Program-made: the position numbers and the translations under genes
Notes under the pieces: model-generated
The model's database searches: none
What the model was told of the DNA's origin: nothing
Seen by the model: the letters and a program-made list of their open reading frames with translations, nothing else
Shown here: one piece after another, positions 34,265-44,207 of the stretch
Numbering within the stretch: the stretch's first letter is position 1
Layout: each line of letters opens with the position of its first letter
Source: a virus
Taxonomy: Duplodnaviria; Caudoviricetes
Strand: one strand, 5' to 3'
DNA length: 60,247 bases
Virus record (IMG/VR): IMGVR_UViG_3300030380_004437
Coordinates: 1-60,247 of that record

Positions 34265-36132
34265 TTAAAATAATCTTTATAATTTTCTATCTCTCCCCAG
34301 CTCTTACCTATCTCAGCATCTACTTTATTAGGTACATTGATTTTTACACAGTCTCTCATAACCTCTATGACTTTTTCACATTCCTGTTTATCTTTAACAG
34401 ATATATTTAACTCGTCATGCACTTGAGTATGTGCGAGTATGCCTTCTTTGTGTAAATCTAACATAGCTTTTTTAGTCATGTCTGCTGCTGACCCTTGTAT
34501 AAGTCGATTCATAGCTTTATATGTAAAAGCCCTTTTAAGCCCTTTTCCATACGTTTCGAGGGCTTTTTCGTAGGGGTAAGGGGTATCCCTATACGACATA
34601 GGTTCGTAAAGGTTAAAGCGACACTTACGTCCTAGGATAGTCTTTATATAACCCCTATTTGACCCTAACCTAGCACAAGTATCTCGTAGACCACGGATAA
34701 AAGGTACTCGTTCATGATACTGATCAAATAGTATTTGACCCTCTTCTTCACTAATACCTAATTGACGTATGAGTTTATCTTTACCCATACCATAACTCAA
34801 ACCTAGATTTATATTCTTAGCTTCCTTACGACTTATATTAGCCATGTCTGCTACTATCTGATGAAAGTCTGCATCATCTGTGTAAGCATCTGCTGCCTCT
34901 TGTGCACCCTCTTGTTTAGTAAGTAGCGAGTAATGTACTGTAAGTCTAGGCTCTTGTTGAGAGTAATCAAAACAACCCCAGTGACAGTCTTCTTCTGGTA
35001 TAAATAAACTTCTTATCAAACTACCTATTTCTGGATCACGAGCTGGTACTTGTTGTAGGTTAGGATTGCTACAACTAAACCTTCCTGTGACTGTACCTCC
35101 ATCATCTGACCTTAAGGGGTGTAGTTCTCCATGTATTCTACCGTCTACCTCATGGTCTAAAATCATTTTATCTATAAAAGTAGTTCTAGCTTTATTGAAT
35201 TTTCTAGCCCTAGCTATCGCTAATGGTAATTTATGGTCATGTGCCTCTAGCCAAGCAGAAGTAAAACTCGGTGCATTTAGTTTTGGTGATCTAGGATAAT
35301 CTAAACCAGCTCTATCAAATACTTGTGCGACTGATGCTGCTGCCCATAAGTCAGGGGTAATACCATACCAATTTTTTATTTGACTTAATATCTTTTGTTC
35401 TTTACTCTTTAACTCCTGACTAACTCTATCAGCTTTATCTAAATCGACTCTTACACCACGTCTCCTCATCTCTATAAGTACCCTTATTAAAGATGATTCT
35501 AGTTTATATATTTCACTAACCTCTTCTTCTTTTATTTTTTCTTTTAAATTTTGCCATAACCTGTAGGTAAGGTCAGCGTCTTGCTCACCATACATGCCAA
35601 CATATTTAGGCTCTAATTTATACATCTCTGATTTAGGGTTTAGCCCAAATGCTTCTGCTGCCTCTGTTAAAAGTTTTTCATCTTTTAATTCACCCATAAA
35701 CCTTTCGCCTAAACTATTGAGAGAGTATCTCCTTTCATTTTCATTTAATAAAGGTGCAGCAATCATAGTGTCTTGTACAGTACCATTAACAGTAAAGCCC
35801 TCATAAGTAAGCCACCCTAAATCATACTGTGCGTTATGAAATACTTTATCGTTGTCATGCTCTAACTGTTTAGCTAACCATTTATAAACTACTCCTCTAT
35901 CTAGATTAGCCCCATAATGATGAGCCACAGGGAAATAACCTTTCCAACCTTCTGTAGCTATACCTACTCCAATTATTTCTCCTTGCTTACAAGCCCAGCT
36001 CGGACCATGAGTCATGAGTAATGGGTCTCTAGTTTCTAAATCAATAGCTATCTCTTTAGCTTGTGTTAAATCAGGGAAACTATCTGGGGGTGTCCAGTCG
36101 GACTCAGGTGGAAAGAAACTTTTTTGATCCAT
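34261..36132 (-). CDS. polA: Family A DNA polymerase with 3'-5' exonuclease
   Basis: IAIDLET, HNAQYD; TGRFSCSNPNLQQ, DYSQQEPR, KNINLGLSYG, IQGSAAD, VHDE. Confidence 0.95.
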   Translation of the reverse strand: MDQKSFFPPESDWTPPDSFPDLTQAKEIAIDLETRDPLLMTHGPSWACKQGEIIGVGIATEGWKGYFPVAHHYGANLDRGVVYKWLAKQLEHDNDKVFHNAQYDLGWLTYEGFTVNGTVQDTMIAAPLLNENERRYSLNSLGERFMGELKDEKLLTEAAEAFGLNPKSEMYKLEPKYVGMYGEQDADLTYRLWQNLKEKIKEEEVSEIYKLESSLIRVLIEMRRRGVRVDLDKADRVSQELKSKEQKILSQIKNWYGITPDLWAAASVAQVFDRAGLDYPRSPKLNAPSFTSAWLEAHDHKLPLAIARARKFNKARTTFIDKMILDHEVDGRIHGELHPLRSDDGGTVTGRFSCSNPNLQQVPARDPEIGSLIRSLFIPEEDCHWGCFDYSQQEPRLTVHYSLLTKQEGAQEAADAYTDDADFHQIVADMANISRKEAKNINLGLSYGMGKDKLIRQLGISEEEGQILFDQYHERVPFIRGLRDTCARLGSNRGYIKTILGRKCRFNLYEPMSYRDTPYPYEKALETYGKGLKRAFTYKAMNRLIQGSAADMTKKAMLDLHKEGILAHTQVHDELNISVKDKQECEKVIEVMRDCVKINVPNKVDAEIGKSWGEIENYKDYFK

Positions 36133-36437
36133 TACTTACCGATATACTCTTTTCGGTTAGTCATGTGACCTTCTACTAATAACAAGTATCTCCTTAAATC
36201 CTGTATATCATCTAATATACCTGTAGAACTAGGGTCATCTGCTATAGTTTTAAATATGTCGTAGCCGTTCTTTTTACATTGATTTTCTATCCTATCAAAT
36301 TTTCTAGCTAACATCATAAATGCACCAACACCACCACGAGAACGCCAACTATCACCATAACTTATTTGGGCTTCCTCTAGCTTTTCTACATCAGTGTGTG
36401 CTAGTAGTTTTATTAAATTAAAATTAGATCCACTCAT
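36132..36437 (-). CDS. Nmad1/DUF1599-like all-alpha protein (possible nucleotide pyrophosphatase fold)
   Basis: YGDSW...ARKFDRIEN...DDIQDLRRY; located in the modification cluster. Confidence 0.6.
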   Translation of the reverse strand: MSGSNFNLIKLLAHTDVEKLEEAQISYGDSWRSRGGVGAFMMLARKFDRIENQCKKNGYDIFKTIADDPSSTGILDDIQDLRRYLLLVEGHMTNRKEYIGK

Positions 36438-36439
36438 AA

Positions 36440-37126
36440 TTAATACTCCTCATATTTTTCTCTGCACATATTCTGCTTACCGAAATAACACCACTTACAC
36501 TTCCACTTAGAAGGTTTAGCAGGAAACTCTGTAGCTTCTGTCATTTCTACAGCTCTTATGTGTATTTTATCTCTTTTGATATTTATACTCTCTTGAGTAT
36601 AAATGTATCTATCTATCTTACCATGATCTAAATACCACATTTCCGTGATAATTTTTTCTAACTCAGGGTATCTCTTTAAAGCTATTCCTCCATATAATTC
36701 ACATTGTTCTTTATGTGCATCTTGATTACCTTCATATCTACCTGTTTTAAAATCAATGACTCTAGCTTCTGTTGAGTTTCCTTCGTCATAGACGAAAGCA
36801 TCTACTTTAGCCCTGCCCCAAGTATCATTATCAAACCAACCTGTTTGATCCCAATCTTTAGTTATAGCCCAGTCACTCTCACATGTTACCTGACCATATT
36901 CATGTAGTTCTTTTAATTTTACAAACGCTTCTTCAAACTCTTTGAGTTCTTTAGGTAGTTCATCAAACCTACCACGAATATATTCCTCGCATAATTTATG
37001 CATATCTTTACCACGATCCATGGCAGGACTTCCAGGCTCTTTCATTTTCTTTATAAATTTAAACTCAGCTTGTTTAGGACACTTCTCGTAACAACTAAGA
37101 CGACTATACGACCATTGACCAATCAT
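36440..37126 (-). CDS. Cas4/RecB-like PD-(D/E)XK exonuclease
   Basis: WSYSRL..YEKCP...RG..MH...KVD...IDFKTG...Q.ELY...CKWC...C. Confidence 0.85.
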   Translation of the reverse strand: MIGQWSYSRLSCYEKCPKQAEFKFIKKMKEPGSPAMDRGKDMHKLCEEYIRGRFDELPKELKEFEEAFVKLKELHEYGQVTCESDWAITKDWDQTGWFDNDTWGRAKVDAFVYDEGNSTEARVIDFKTGRYEGNQDAHKEQCELYGGIALKRYPELEKIITEMWYLDHGKIDRYIYTQESINIKRDKIHIRAVEMTEATEFPAKPSKWKCKWCYFGKQNMCREKYEEY

Positions 37127-37138
37127 AGATTCTCCTAT

Positions 37139-38188
37139 TTATTTTATTCTTCTAGATAGCCATCTAAAGCAAGCTTCCATCCAATCATCAGCTTTACAAT
37201 GTTGTATTTCTATAAGTGCTTCTTCCTTACTCTCCTCTTTAGAGAGATACCAAGCATCTTGTATAGGTACTGCGACGTCAGTGAAAAATGGATCTTTGAA
37301 TTCCATTTGCTGAAAAGGTTTTCTAGTAAAAAACATAATTAAGTCTGCTTCCCAATCACGAAAGTCTACACTTACCATTGGATAGGGATTTACTTCATCT
37401 AGTTTATACGGATTGTGATTAATTAATAGCTTTATTGTGTAATAATCAAAAGAGTCTATTTGTAGTAATTTTTCTCTCATAGGCTCATATACATTTAAGT
37501 ACGCATGATAATTATTACTCACTTGATAATACTTACCCATTCTTATACCTGTTGCTGCAGCTACGAACTCATGTAACATTGACATGTGTACCACGTTTGC
37601 TCCATATGCACCCCAGATAATATCATTTGACCTATTTGATACTGTCATATCGAGACGAGGACTGTAGCCGTCTATGTGTACAGTTTTAAAGTATATAGTC
37701 GTATTACAGGGTACGTCAGCTCCATCTCGCCCTAAATCGCCCACAGCGTCCCACATTTGTAGGACACAGCGTCTATCGTAAGGGTCGTGTTTAAGTCTAT
37801 CAATAATAATTCTTACTTGGTCTTTACCAGCAAAATCTTTAAATATAGGGTCTTTGAAATAACTTCTCCATCTCCAGCCATACGCTCCCCACAATGTTTC
37901 ACCATCATCACTATATCTACTCATACCTTTATTGTAGTACTCCATGGTAGCTAAGTCATTAAAACCAGCCAGCATCCATAAACCTTCCATAAAATGGAAA
38001 AAGGGGTTAGCGTCTCTATCTGGGTCAAATAAAACTCTCTCGCTAGGGTTAGCATAAACTGTAGTAACTGGTTCTTCTACAGTGATGACTTTACCGTTTC
38101 TAGTATTTTCTATATGACCATTCGAGTCAAGTAAATCCATACCTCTTAAAAAGGCATCGTTTACATTTCTACAGTTTAATGTGTGCAT
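37139..38188 (-). CDS. Thymidylate synthase-fold dUMP hydroxymethylase (5-hmdU synthesis)
   Basis: Catalytic DVPCN; RSNDIIWGAYGAN (Asn implies dUMP specificity); NPFFHFMEGLWMLAG and GAYGWRWR as in YuA/M6-type enzymes; clustered with a 5-hmdU DNA kinase. Confidence 0.8.
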   Translation of the reverse strand: MHTLNCRNVNDAFLRGMDLLDSNGHIENTRNGKVITVEEPVTTVYANPSERVLFDPDRDANPFFHFMEGLWMLAGFNDLATMEYYNKGMSRYSDDGETLWGAYGWRWRSYFKDPIFKDFAGKDQVRIIIDRLKHDPYDRRCVLQMWDAVGDLGRDGADVPCNTTIYFKTVHIDGYSPRLDMTVSNRSNDIIWGAYGANVVHMSMLHEFVAAATGIRMGKYYQVSNNYHAYLNVYEPMREKLLQIDSFDYYTIKLLINHNPYKLDEVNPYPMVSVDFRDWEADLIMFFTRKPFQQMEFKDPFFTDVAVPIQDAWYLSKEESKEEALIEIQHCKADDWMEACFRWLSRRIK

Positions 38189-38964
38189 TATTCTCCTATT
38201 CCTTCTTTATATGCTTTTTTCCAACCTATGATTACATCCTTACGAGGTAATCCGTTCCAAGCAGTTTTAGTTTGTTTCTCTACTACCTTAACGCATGTAG
38301 GGTGTAAAGAGTGTAATCTTTCAGCACCTTCATTATGAACATCAATAGTTCTCCACTCACTACAACCACCGTCAGCGTTAGATGATTTTTGACCTTGTGC
38401 ATAATAAAAACTTACCTTACATGCTTTACCTTTTCTCAATAGTTGTAAAGCTATATCAAAATCTTCCATTACCCTAGTCCTGCCCCACTCTATGTCATCA
38501 GGAAACTCGTTTAAGTTATAAGCGAGTACTCTCATGTATCGAGTATTTTCTACAGATAAATCTTCTACCCTATTATTACCTTCCCTAGCACTTACACCCA
38601 CGTGGGCATAACCTTGACTAAGCCACTCGTCTAATAAACCAAACATAGCAGGATACTCATCTGACTCTAAGTATCGTAAGTGCCAGTCGGTAGGGCTTTT
38701 ACGAATGTAAAAACGTAAATCATCATCTAGCATAACTATATGGGGGTCATCACTATGCTCTATAATATATTTTCGTTTAGCCCCTATGCCTATACAGTCC
38801 TCTGGGACTACCATTTTAGGTGTGTTTTGATATTTAGTGTACAGGTGTTGCTCATCATGATCAATAACTAATGTTACATCACCATTAGCTTGCATCCATT
38901 GGGGAAACCATTTTAAAGTTTCTTGATTAGTGGGTCTACCACGAGTAGGAATATATATTTTCAT
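38188..38964 (-). CDS. GT-A glycosyltransferase, TET-associated (TAGT)/JGT-like
   Basis: IYIPTRGR, MLDDD (DxD), EDFDIALQLL, GGCS motifs. Confidence 0.75.
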   Translation of the reverse strand: MKIYIPTRGRPTNQETLKWFPQWMQANGDVTLVIDHDEQHLYTKYQNTPKMVVPEDCIGIGAKRKYIIEHSDDPHIVMLDDDLRFYIRKSPTDWHLRYLESDEYPAMFGLLDEWLSQGYAHVGVSAREGNNRVEDLSVENTRYMRVLAYNLNEFPDDIEWGRTRVMEDFDIALQLLRKGKACKVSFYYAQGQKSSNADGGCSEWRTIDVHNEGAERLHSLHPTCVKVVEKQTKTAWNGLPRKDVIIGWKKAYKEGIGE

Positions 38965-39821
38965 AGGTATTGTGCCTCATTAAATTTTGGGTATTTATCG
39001 TATTTATATTTTGCTCTAGGTCTACCCTCACCTAACCTAGTTCTCTCATATTTATCAAACTCACATAAACTGTGCTCTATCTCTCTCATCTCTAGCTTTG
39101 GTACATGTGGCTCTAAGTATTTATCTGCTACTTGTAAAAGTTTATACATCTCTGCGTTCCAGTCATGTTTGTGCGAGTCCCAAGTAAGCGTTCTTAAATT
39201 CATTCTATTTAATCCACGCTTTGCTCCTGGACCTGGATTTGCCCAAGTATAAAGATCACGAGCGTTCCTTAATAAATGAGTGTGTCTTAAATCTGTAACA
39301 ACTTCGTATGACATAAATCCACTAAATCCTGCGTAAGGAAGATAATTTTTCCAAGTATCTTCTAAACTACTAGAGACTATCTCTGGGTGGTTATTATATA
39401 AAGGTGTAAGTATTTTGTCTACTGTTTGTTCTATTTTAGTACCACCTAAAGTACCTGTCAACATATAAGCACCTGTGTAAACTTTTTTCCCACTATCCAT
39501 TCTATCCTGCATTATAGCTTTTACCTTTTCTGGTTGCCAATCCTCAGGGAAACCTATCTCTTCTAGGGTGGATGGCCAATTTATTTGACGAGCCACGGAC
39601 ATTGAGAAAGCTAAGTTAGGGTGGTCAAAGTAAGGCTCTCTCCAGTTTGTTCTTACCCATTCTGTGACTGTGTCTAGTTCTCTAAACACATTACAAAAAC
39701 TATAAGTTTTTAATATCTTATCTTCTGTCCACGGTGGATGAAGACCGTTTTTTCTCCTTAAATATATTTGGTGTCTTTCATTTATGTAGTTAAAAAACCC
39801 TTCTACTTTATCTTGTACCAT
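38961..39821 (-). CDS. 5-hmdU DNA kinase (aGPT-Pplase1 family)
   Basis: ERHQIY.RR..G..PPWTEDKIL..YSFCNVFRELD; FMSYEVVTD; GPGAKRGL; IEHSLCEFDKY. Confidence 0.85.
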   Translation of the reverse strand: MVQDKVEGFFNYINERHQIYLRRKNGLHPPWTEDKILKTYSFCNVFRELDTVTEWVRTNWREPYFDHPNLAFSMSVARQINWPSTLEEIGFPEDWQPEKVKAIMQDRMDSGKKVYTGAYMLTGTLGGTKIEQTVDKILTPLYNNHPEIVSSSLEDTWKNYLPYAGFSGFMSYEVVTDLRHTHLLRNARDLYTWANPGPGAKRGLNRMNLRTLTWDSHKHDWNAEMYKLLQVADKYLEPHVPKLEMREIEHSLCEFDKYERTRLGEGRPRAKYKYDKYPKFNEAQYL

Positions 39822-40270
39822 GATGGTTTACCTCGTTTAGTCCATTTCGCAAATACTTTTTCGCCTATATAATAATTTCTATATGCCTCGACTGCATTCC
39901 CCTGAACCTTATATTGATCAGGCATGCATTGTGGATGTTCTTGTAGCCCTTTACTTTTTATCAAAGGGTTAGGCAGTGACATAATAACATCGTATGATTT
40001 ATGACATACGTTTTTATTATATCGCCACATAAATTCTTCATTGAGACAAATTAACAAGTCTTTCAGCCATAGCCAATTATCTAAACTGGCTGCAGACCAT
40101 ATAGTACAAGGGTGTTTCATATGTACAGGTCTGTAAGGTGCTGTTTGATCATGAAGCCAGAAACTTGTACAAAGCATTTGAGCTGACTCTAGAATCATTT
40201 TAGACACATGTTTATCACAGTGCATTTCTGCTGCAGTCTGTATATTATCGTCTAATTTAAATATATTCAC
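39803..40270 (-). CDS. Pyrimidine-dimer DNA glycosylase / DenV-like family protein
   Basis: MNIF.LD...HCDKHV.KMILESAQML...HPCTIW...AYRNYY. Confidence 0.7.
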   Translation of the reverse strand: MNIFKLDDNIQTAAEMHCDKHVSKMILESAQMLCTSFWLHDQTAPYRPVHMKHPCTIWSAASLDNWLWLKDLLICLNEEFMWRYNKNVCHKSYDVIMSLPNPLIKSKGLQEHPQCMPDQYKVQGNAVEAYRNYYIGEKVFAKWTKRGKPSWYKIK

Positions 40271-40315
40271 GTCAATATTTTACTTTACTTGTAAAGTTTA
40301 AGTATAGGGATCTTC

Positions 40316-41809
40316 CTAAAAAATAAACTGTTTTCTAGTTTTAGACCTCACTATGTGTAAGTTTTCTTTAGTTCTAGTCACACCTACATAAAAATTTCTA
40401 CACTCGTTGTCAGGGTTTCTATATAATTCATCGTAAGACTTAGTAGCCATATCAGATAATAAAACTACGTTGTCACACTCACCACCTTTAGAAGCATGTA
40501 TGGTGCTTAGTTTTATTCTTGATGTGTTTAAGTTTTCTTTTCTCCTTAAACAAGATATTAAATACTCTCTTTGAGTTATACCTATAAGGTCAAATGATTC
40601 ATGCCATATGCTATCTACTAATAGACCATAGTCTCTTTTTAAATCACCTATACTTAAAACTGTATCACCTAATAAACTTTTTAATGTTTTATACCCCTTC
40701 TTGACTCCTTTACCAGCCCTCATGTACGAGTAGATTTTTCTTATATTGTCAGCTTCTATTTTCTGACCTTTCCTTAACCTTTCCCAATCTTTTATAGCAT
40801 TAATTAAAGTATCAGACACAGGAGATTTACCAGACCTCTGATAAAATCTACCAGACTTTTTAAGGTAGTCCTCTACTTGATTAAGTAGATAATTATTTCT
40901 AGCTAAAAATAACCACTCACCTTCTGACACATCAATATGTTCAAAATCCATATGTATATTTATTTGACCCTCTTCTTCTCTAGGCTCCCATACCTTTTCC
41001 TTTCTATTACCTATTCTTTTTACTATTCTTAATGCTACATCATGTACTTTTCTTGGTACTCTGTAAGATTGGTTTAAATAAATGTTGTTACCTTTTAAAT
41101 TTATAAAATGATTTACATCTGCACCTGCCCATTTATAGATAGCTTGATCATCATCACCAGCTATATACACATGCTTTACCCCTTCTGCTAATTTTTCTAC
41201 ACACTTCCACTGTAAAGCTGATAAGTCTTGTGCCTCATCTATAATTAATACATCTAGGTTAGGTTTGGTATCGTGATTAATAAACATCTCTAACATATCT
41301 GTAAAATCAATTAAAAAGTTTTGGCTTTTATATTTAGAATAGTTTTTACAAAACCAATTAAAATGCATCCAAGTTATATCTAAATCATTAGCTTTGTTCC
41401 ATATTTCTTTATAGCCCATAGATTGATTACGTGCCATATTTTCTAAGAATAACATTCTATCACCTTTACTAGATAGTGTCATTATATTTTCACCATCCCA
41501 CGCAGAGTTTATTCTCTCACCTATAGTCCTACTAAACTCTCTAAGATTACTCCTAGCTAATACATCGTTCTTAGTAAAACCTAACCAATGATAACAGAGA
41601 GAGTGGAGCGTTCTAAAATAACACAACTCTTGACTTGTGTAAGAAAACTTGCCCATAGCTCTAGCCAGAGCTTCGTTTGCAGCTTTCTTAGTAAACGCAA
41701 GATAACCTAGTTTTTCTGGTGGCGTACCTTTTTCAAAGAAGTCTTCTACCTTATTTAAAAGGTACGTTGTTTTTCCAGTTCCAGGTGGACCAAGAACCAC
41801 GTTATACAT
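40316..41809 (-). CDS. SF1 UvrD/Rep-like helicase
   Basis: GPPGTGKT, FTKKAA, DEAQD, GDDDQAIY, QSYR, TIHASKGGE, YVGVTR. Confidence 0.9.
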   Translation of the reverse strand: MYNVVLGPPGTGKTTYLLNKVEDFFEKGTPPEKLGYLAFTKKAANEALARAMGKFSYTSQELCYFRTLHSLCYHWLGFTKNDVLARSNLREFSRTIGERINSAWDGENIMTLSSKGDRMLFLENMARNQSMGYKEIWNKANDLDITWMHFNWFCKNYSKYKSQNFLIDFTDMLEMFINHDTKPNLDVLIIDEAQDLSALQWKCVEKLAEGVKHVYIAGDDDQAIYKWAGADVNHFINLKGNNIYLNQSYRVPRKVHDVALRIVKRIGNRKEKVWEPREEEGQINIHMDFEHIDVSEGEWLFLARNNYLLNQVEDYLKKSGRFYQRSGKSPVSDTLINAIKDWERLRKGQKIEADNIRKIYSYMRAGKGVKKGYKTLKSLLGDTVLSIGDLKRDYGLLVDSIWHESFDLIGITQREYLISCLRRKENLNTSRIKLSTIHASKGGECDNVVLLSDMATKSYDELYRNPDNECRNFYVGVTRTKENLHIVRSKTRKQFIF

Positions 41810-43323
41810 TATATGTCTGACCCCTCAAAGTTAGTTGGCTCGAGCTCTAAATCATCTGCTCCATATTCAAACTCAGCTATAGACCAAACATTTACTCCCC
41901 TACCTTTTAGGTTTAAAAACTTATGTTCAGCTTTCATATCTCTCAGCTTAGATGCTATTCTGTTAGTATCCATTTCTGTAAACCTGTGTTTTAAAAGATA
42001 CTCTTTTAAATCTTTAATTCTAAAAAAGGTACGGTTATCTTCTGTAAAGGGCTTACCTAAAAGTATCTCATCTCTTGTGTTAGCTTGTGCCATATCTGTG
42101 CAAAAAGATTCGAGTAAATCCATAAACTGCCCCTCTACAGAAATATCATCGCTTACCTCTATAATCTCCATACCATTGTCCATTAAATTTTGTATAAGAG
42201 TTTGCCAACCCCTATCATTCATACGTTGTGGCATTATATTTAAAATCTCCATACACACTCTTTGAAACTTTATTTGATTTTGAAGTTGTTCAGTGCTTAA
42301 CTCTAATCTTTTATCATCAATAGATAAAAACCAGAGAGGTGGGTTACTATCTAACTTAGCTAAACTAGAGAATGTAGGAGCCGTGTTCCCGTTGCCGATG
42401 CCGTACTTACAGCCCCTACATTTACTTACATTACAGTAAGACTTGATTGGTTCATCAGAGCATTTATAGTTATACTCCTTTTTCCTTAATGTACTTATTA
42501 AGGTTAAAACTTCTTGGGCTGGTAAAGGTGGTGTTACATACTTTCTGTTATATTCTTCTATCTCAGTTTCCCAAGTTTCTGGTATAGCTTTCTTTAAATA
42601 TACACCTACATTAAATAAACCATTATTTCTTGTGCCTTCTGGAAAACCTTGTTTAAGTAATACCTGTAAACAAGGTGGTCCATCTTTCATGTCATCTAAT
42701 AAAGGTACTTCTAACTCTAATAATTCTTCTAAACTTAACGACCTCTTTTCTATATGCTCTATAAAACCGTCTATACTTAATGCCTCGCCCTTAGTATCGA
42801 AAGCGTACCTAAGAGAGTTTTCGCCCTCGAAATAAGGCATATTTAACCATGAGCCTAAGTCTCCCCTATCTACTAATACCTCCCTTTGCTTAGGAAATAT
42901 CTCTACTCCACCATACCCTAATCCTGCAGATATCTCTCTTAATTTATCTTGCATATCTCCTGCACTTACTCGCTCTCGAGTAAAACAGTATATGTGAGCT
43001 CCACCACTTTTACTTCTACATACTATAAGTGGTAAGCCAAATTCTTCTACCTTTAATACTAATTTTTTTAAATCTAGTGAGTATTGGTCAACGTCAATGG
43101 CTCCCCACCGTACCATATTTTCTTCGTCTATAGGTATAATACCTAGCCCAGATTTACCACTAAGGTGGTCGTCCCAATGATTTGTAGTAGCCCCTACAGT
43201 TTTTATAGTTTTTGCTTTACCTGATTTTTTCTGACCTGTCGTAGCTATGTCGACAGTAAAAGTACCATGAGCTCTGTTAGAGCCTCTGAATATTTCATTT
43301 AATTTATTTGAATAATTCTCCAA
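41809..43323 (-). CDS. AEP-family primase(-polymerase) with PriCT-like domain
   Basis: WGAIDVD, RSKSGGAHIY, NMPYF; GPPCL...EGTRNNGLF...PPLP..EV. Confidence 0.8.
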   Translation of the reverse strand: MENYSNKLNEIFRGSNRAHGTFTVDIATTGQKKSGKAKTIKTVGATTNHWDDHLSGKSGLGIIPIDEENMVRWGAIDVDQYSLDLKKLVLKVEEFGLPLIVCRSKSGGAHIYCFTRERVSAGDMQDKLREISAGLGYGGVEIFPKQREVLVDRGDLGSWLNMPYFEGENSLRYAFDTKGEALSIDGFIEHIEKRSLSLEELLELEVPLLDDMKDGPPCLQVLLKQGFPEGTRNNGLFNVGVYLKKAIPETWETEIEEYNRKYVTPPLPAQEVLTLISTLRKKEYNYKCSDEPIKSYCNVSKCRGCKYGIGNGNTAPTFSSLAKLDSNPPLWFLSIDDKRLELSTEQLQNQIKFQRVCMEILNIMPQRMNDRGWQTLIQNLMDNGMEIIEVSDDISVEGQFMDLLESFCTDMAQANTRDEILLGKPFTEDNRTFFRIKDLKEYLLKHRFTEMDTNRIASKLRDMKAEHKFLNLKGRGVNVWSIAEFEYGADDLELEPTNFEGSDI

Positions 43324-43341
43324 TCTGTCCTCAAGTCTTAG

Positions 43342-43372
43342 TCTAGGGTAAGTAAATATAACTTACCCTAGA
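43342..43372. terminator. Hairpin between ssb and primase
   Basis: TCTAGGGTAAGT-AAATATA-ACTTACCCTAGA. Confidence 0.55.
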
Positions 43373-43391
43373 ACTGTAATTTAAAAAAGGA

Positions 43392-44207
43392 TTAGAAAGG
43401 AGCTTCGTCGTTAGAAGTAGCCATCACAACATTTTCACTACCTACGGTCTGTGAAAACTGTTTAGCTGCAAGATACATATCTGTTTCTTCTTCTGTGACT
43501 GGACCCACCATGTCTACATTCCAACCGAACCATGTACCACGATCATTTGACTCCTGTACAGTAGTCAATTTATATTTGTGGCTATAGGTAGGAGGAGTAA
43601 AAACACCACCGTCCGCTTTTTTCACTTTTAGACTAGCCATAACTGCATTCCAAGTTCTTGATTTCTTTAACTGTGTTCCAGCCATAGGAATCATAACTTG
43701 TTGAAACGAGTCACCGTCTAGTACTAGGCAATAGTGAGTTGCAGATGTCTGGATATAGTTTCCATTATCTAGGACATCTCTACCATCCCTATCCTTTTTA
43801 GTTTGACGTAGTATTTCAGGGTCAAAGTGTTGCGTCACCAACCCTCCACCTGTCTCGCGTGGCTGCCACTCGAGAAACATACGTCTATACGACACTGGTA
43901 ATACAAAACATCCAACATCTTCCCTAAAGACTTCTTTAGTGACTGTGTTAGTTATATCACCAGCTACTGCACCCTCAATATATTTACCATCCTTCTTATT
44001 TACTTCTGGGCTCATAGCTTGAAGTATTTTAAGACGAGGAATAGTAATATCGTCAGAGGTTACATTTTCCAAACCAGACCCAGCATCTTCCTCAAATAAT
44101 GAGGCAGTGGCTAAAGCCGTGTTTGATTTAGTTGCTACTTCTTTTGATGGCTTAGATTCAGTAGGAGTAGCCTCTACGTCTTCTTTAACAGCTTCGTTAG
44201 TTGTCAT
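43392..44207 (-). CDS. Single-stranded DNA-binding protein (putative)
   Basis: IPRLKILQAMSPE...EW.PR..GGG...TQLKKSR.WN...GTWFGW; acidic tail ending PF. Confidence 0.7.
   Translation of the reverse strand: MTTNEAVKEDVEATPTESKPSKEVATKSNTALATASLFEEDAGSGLENVTSDDITIPRLKILQAMSPEVNKKDGKYIEGAVAGDITNTVTKEVFREDVGCFVLPVSYRRMFLEWQPRETGGGLVTQHFDPEILRQTKKDRDGRDVLDNGNYIQTSATHYCLVLDGDSFQQVMIPMAGTQLKKSRTWNAVMASLKVKKADGGVFTPPTYSHKYKLTTVQESNDRGTWFGWNVDMVGPVTEEETDMYLAAKQFSQTVGSENVVMATSNDEAPF

Noticed and set aside
37139-38188. Ordinary ThyA or dCMP hydroxymethylase
   Set aside because: Asn in RSNDIIWGAYGAN argues against dCMP; divergence from ThyA motifs and linkage to the hmdU kinase argue against plain ThyA (not proven without assay)
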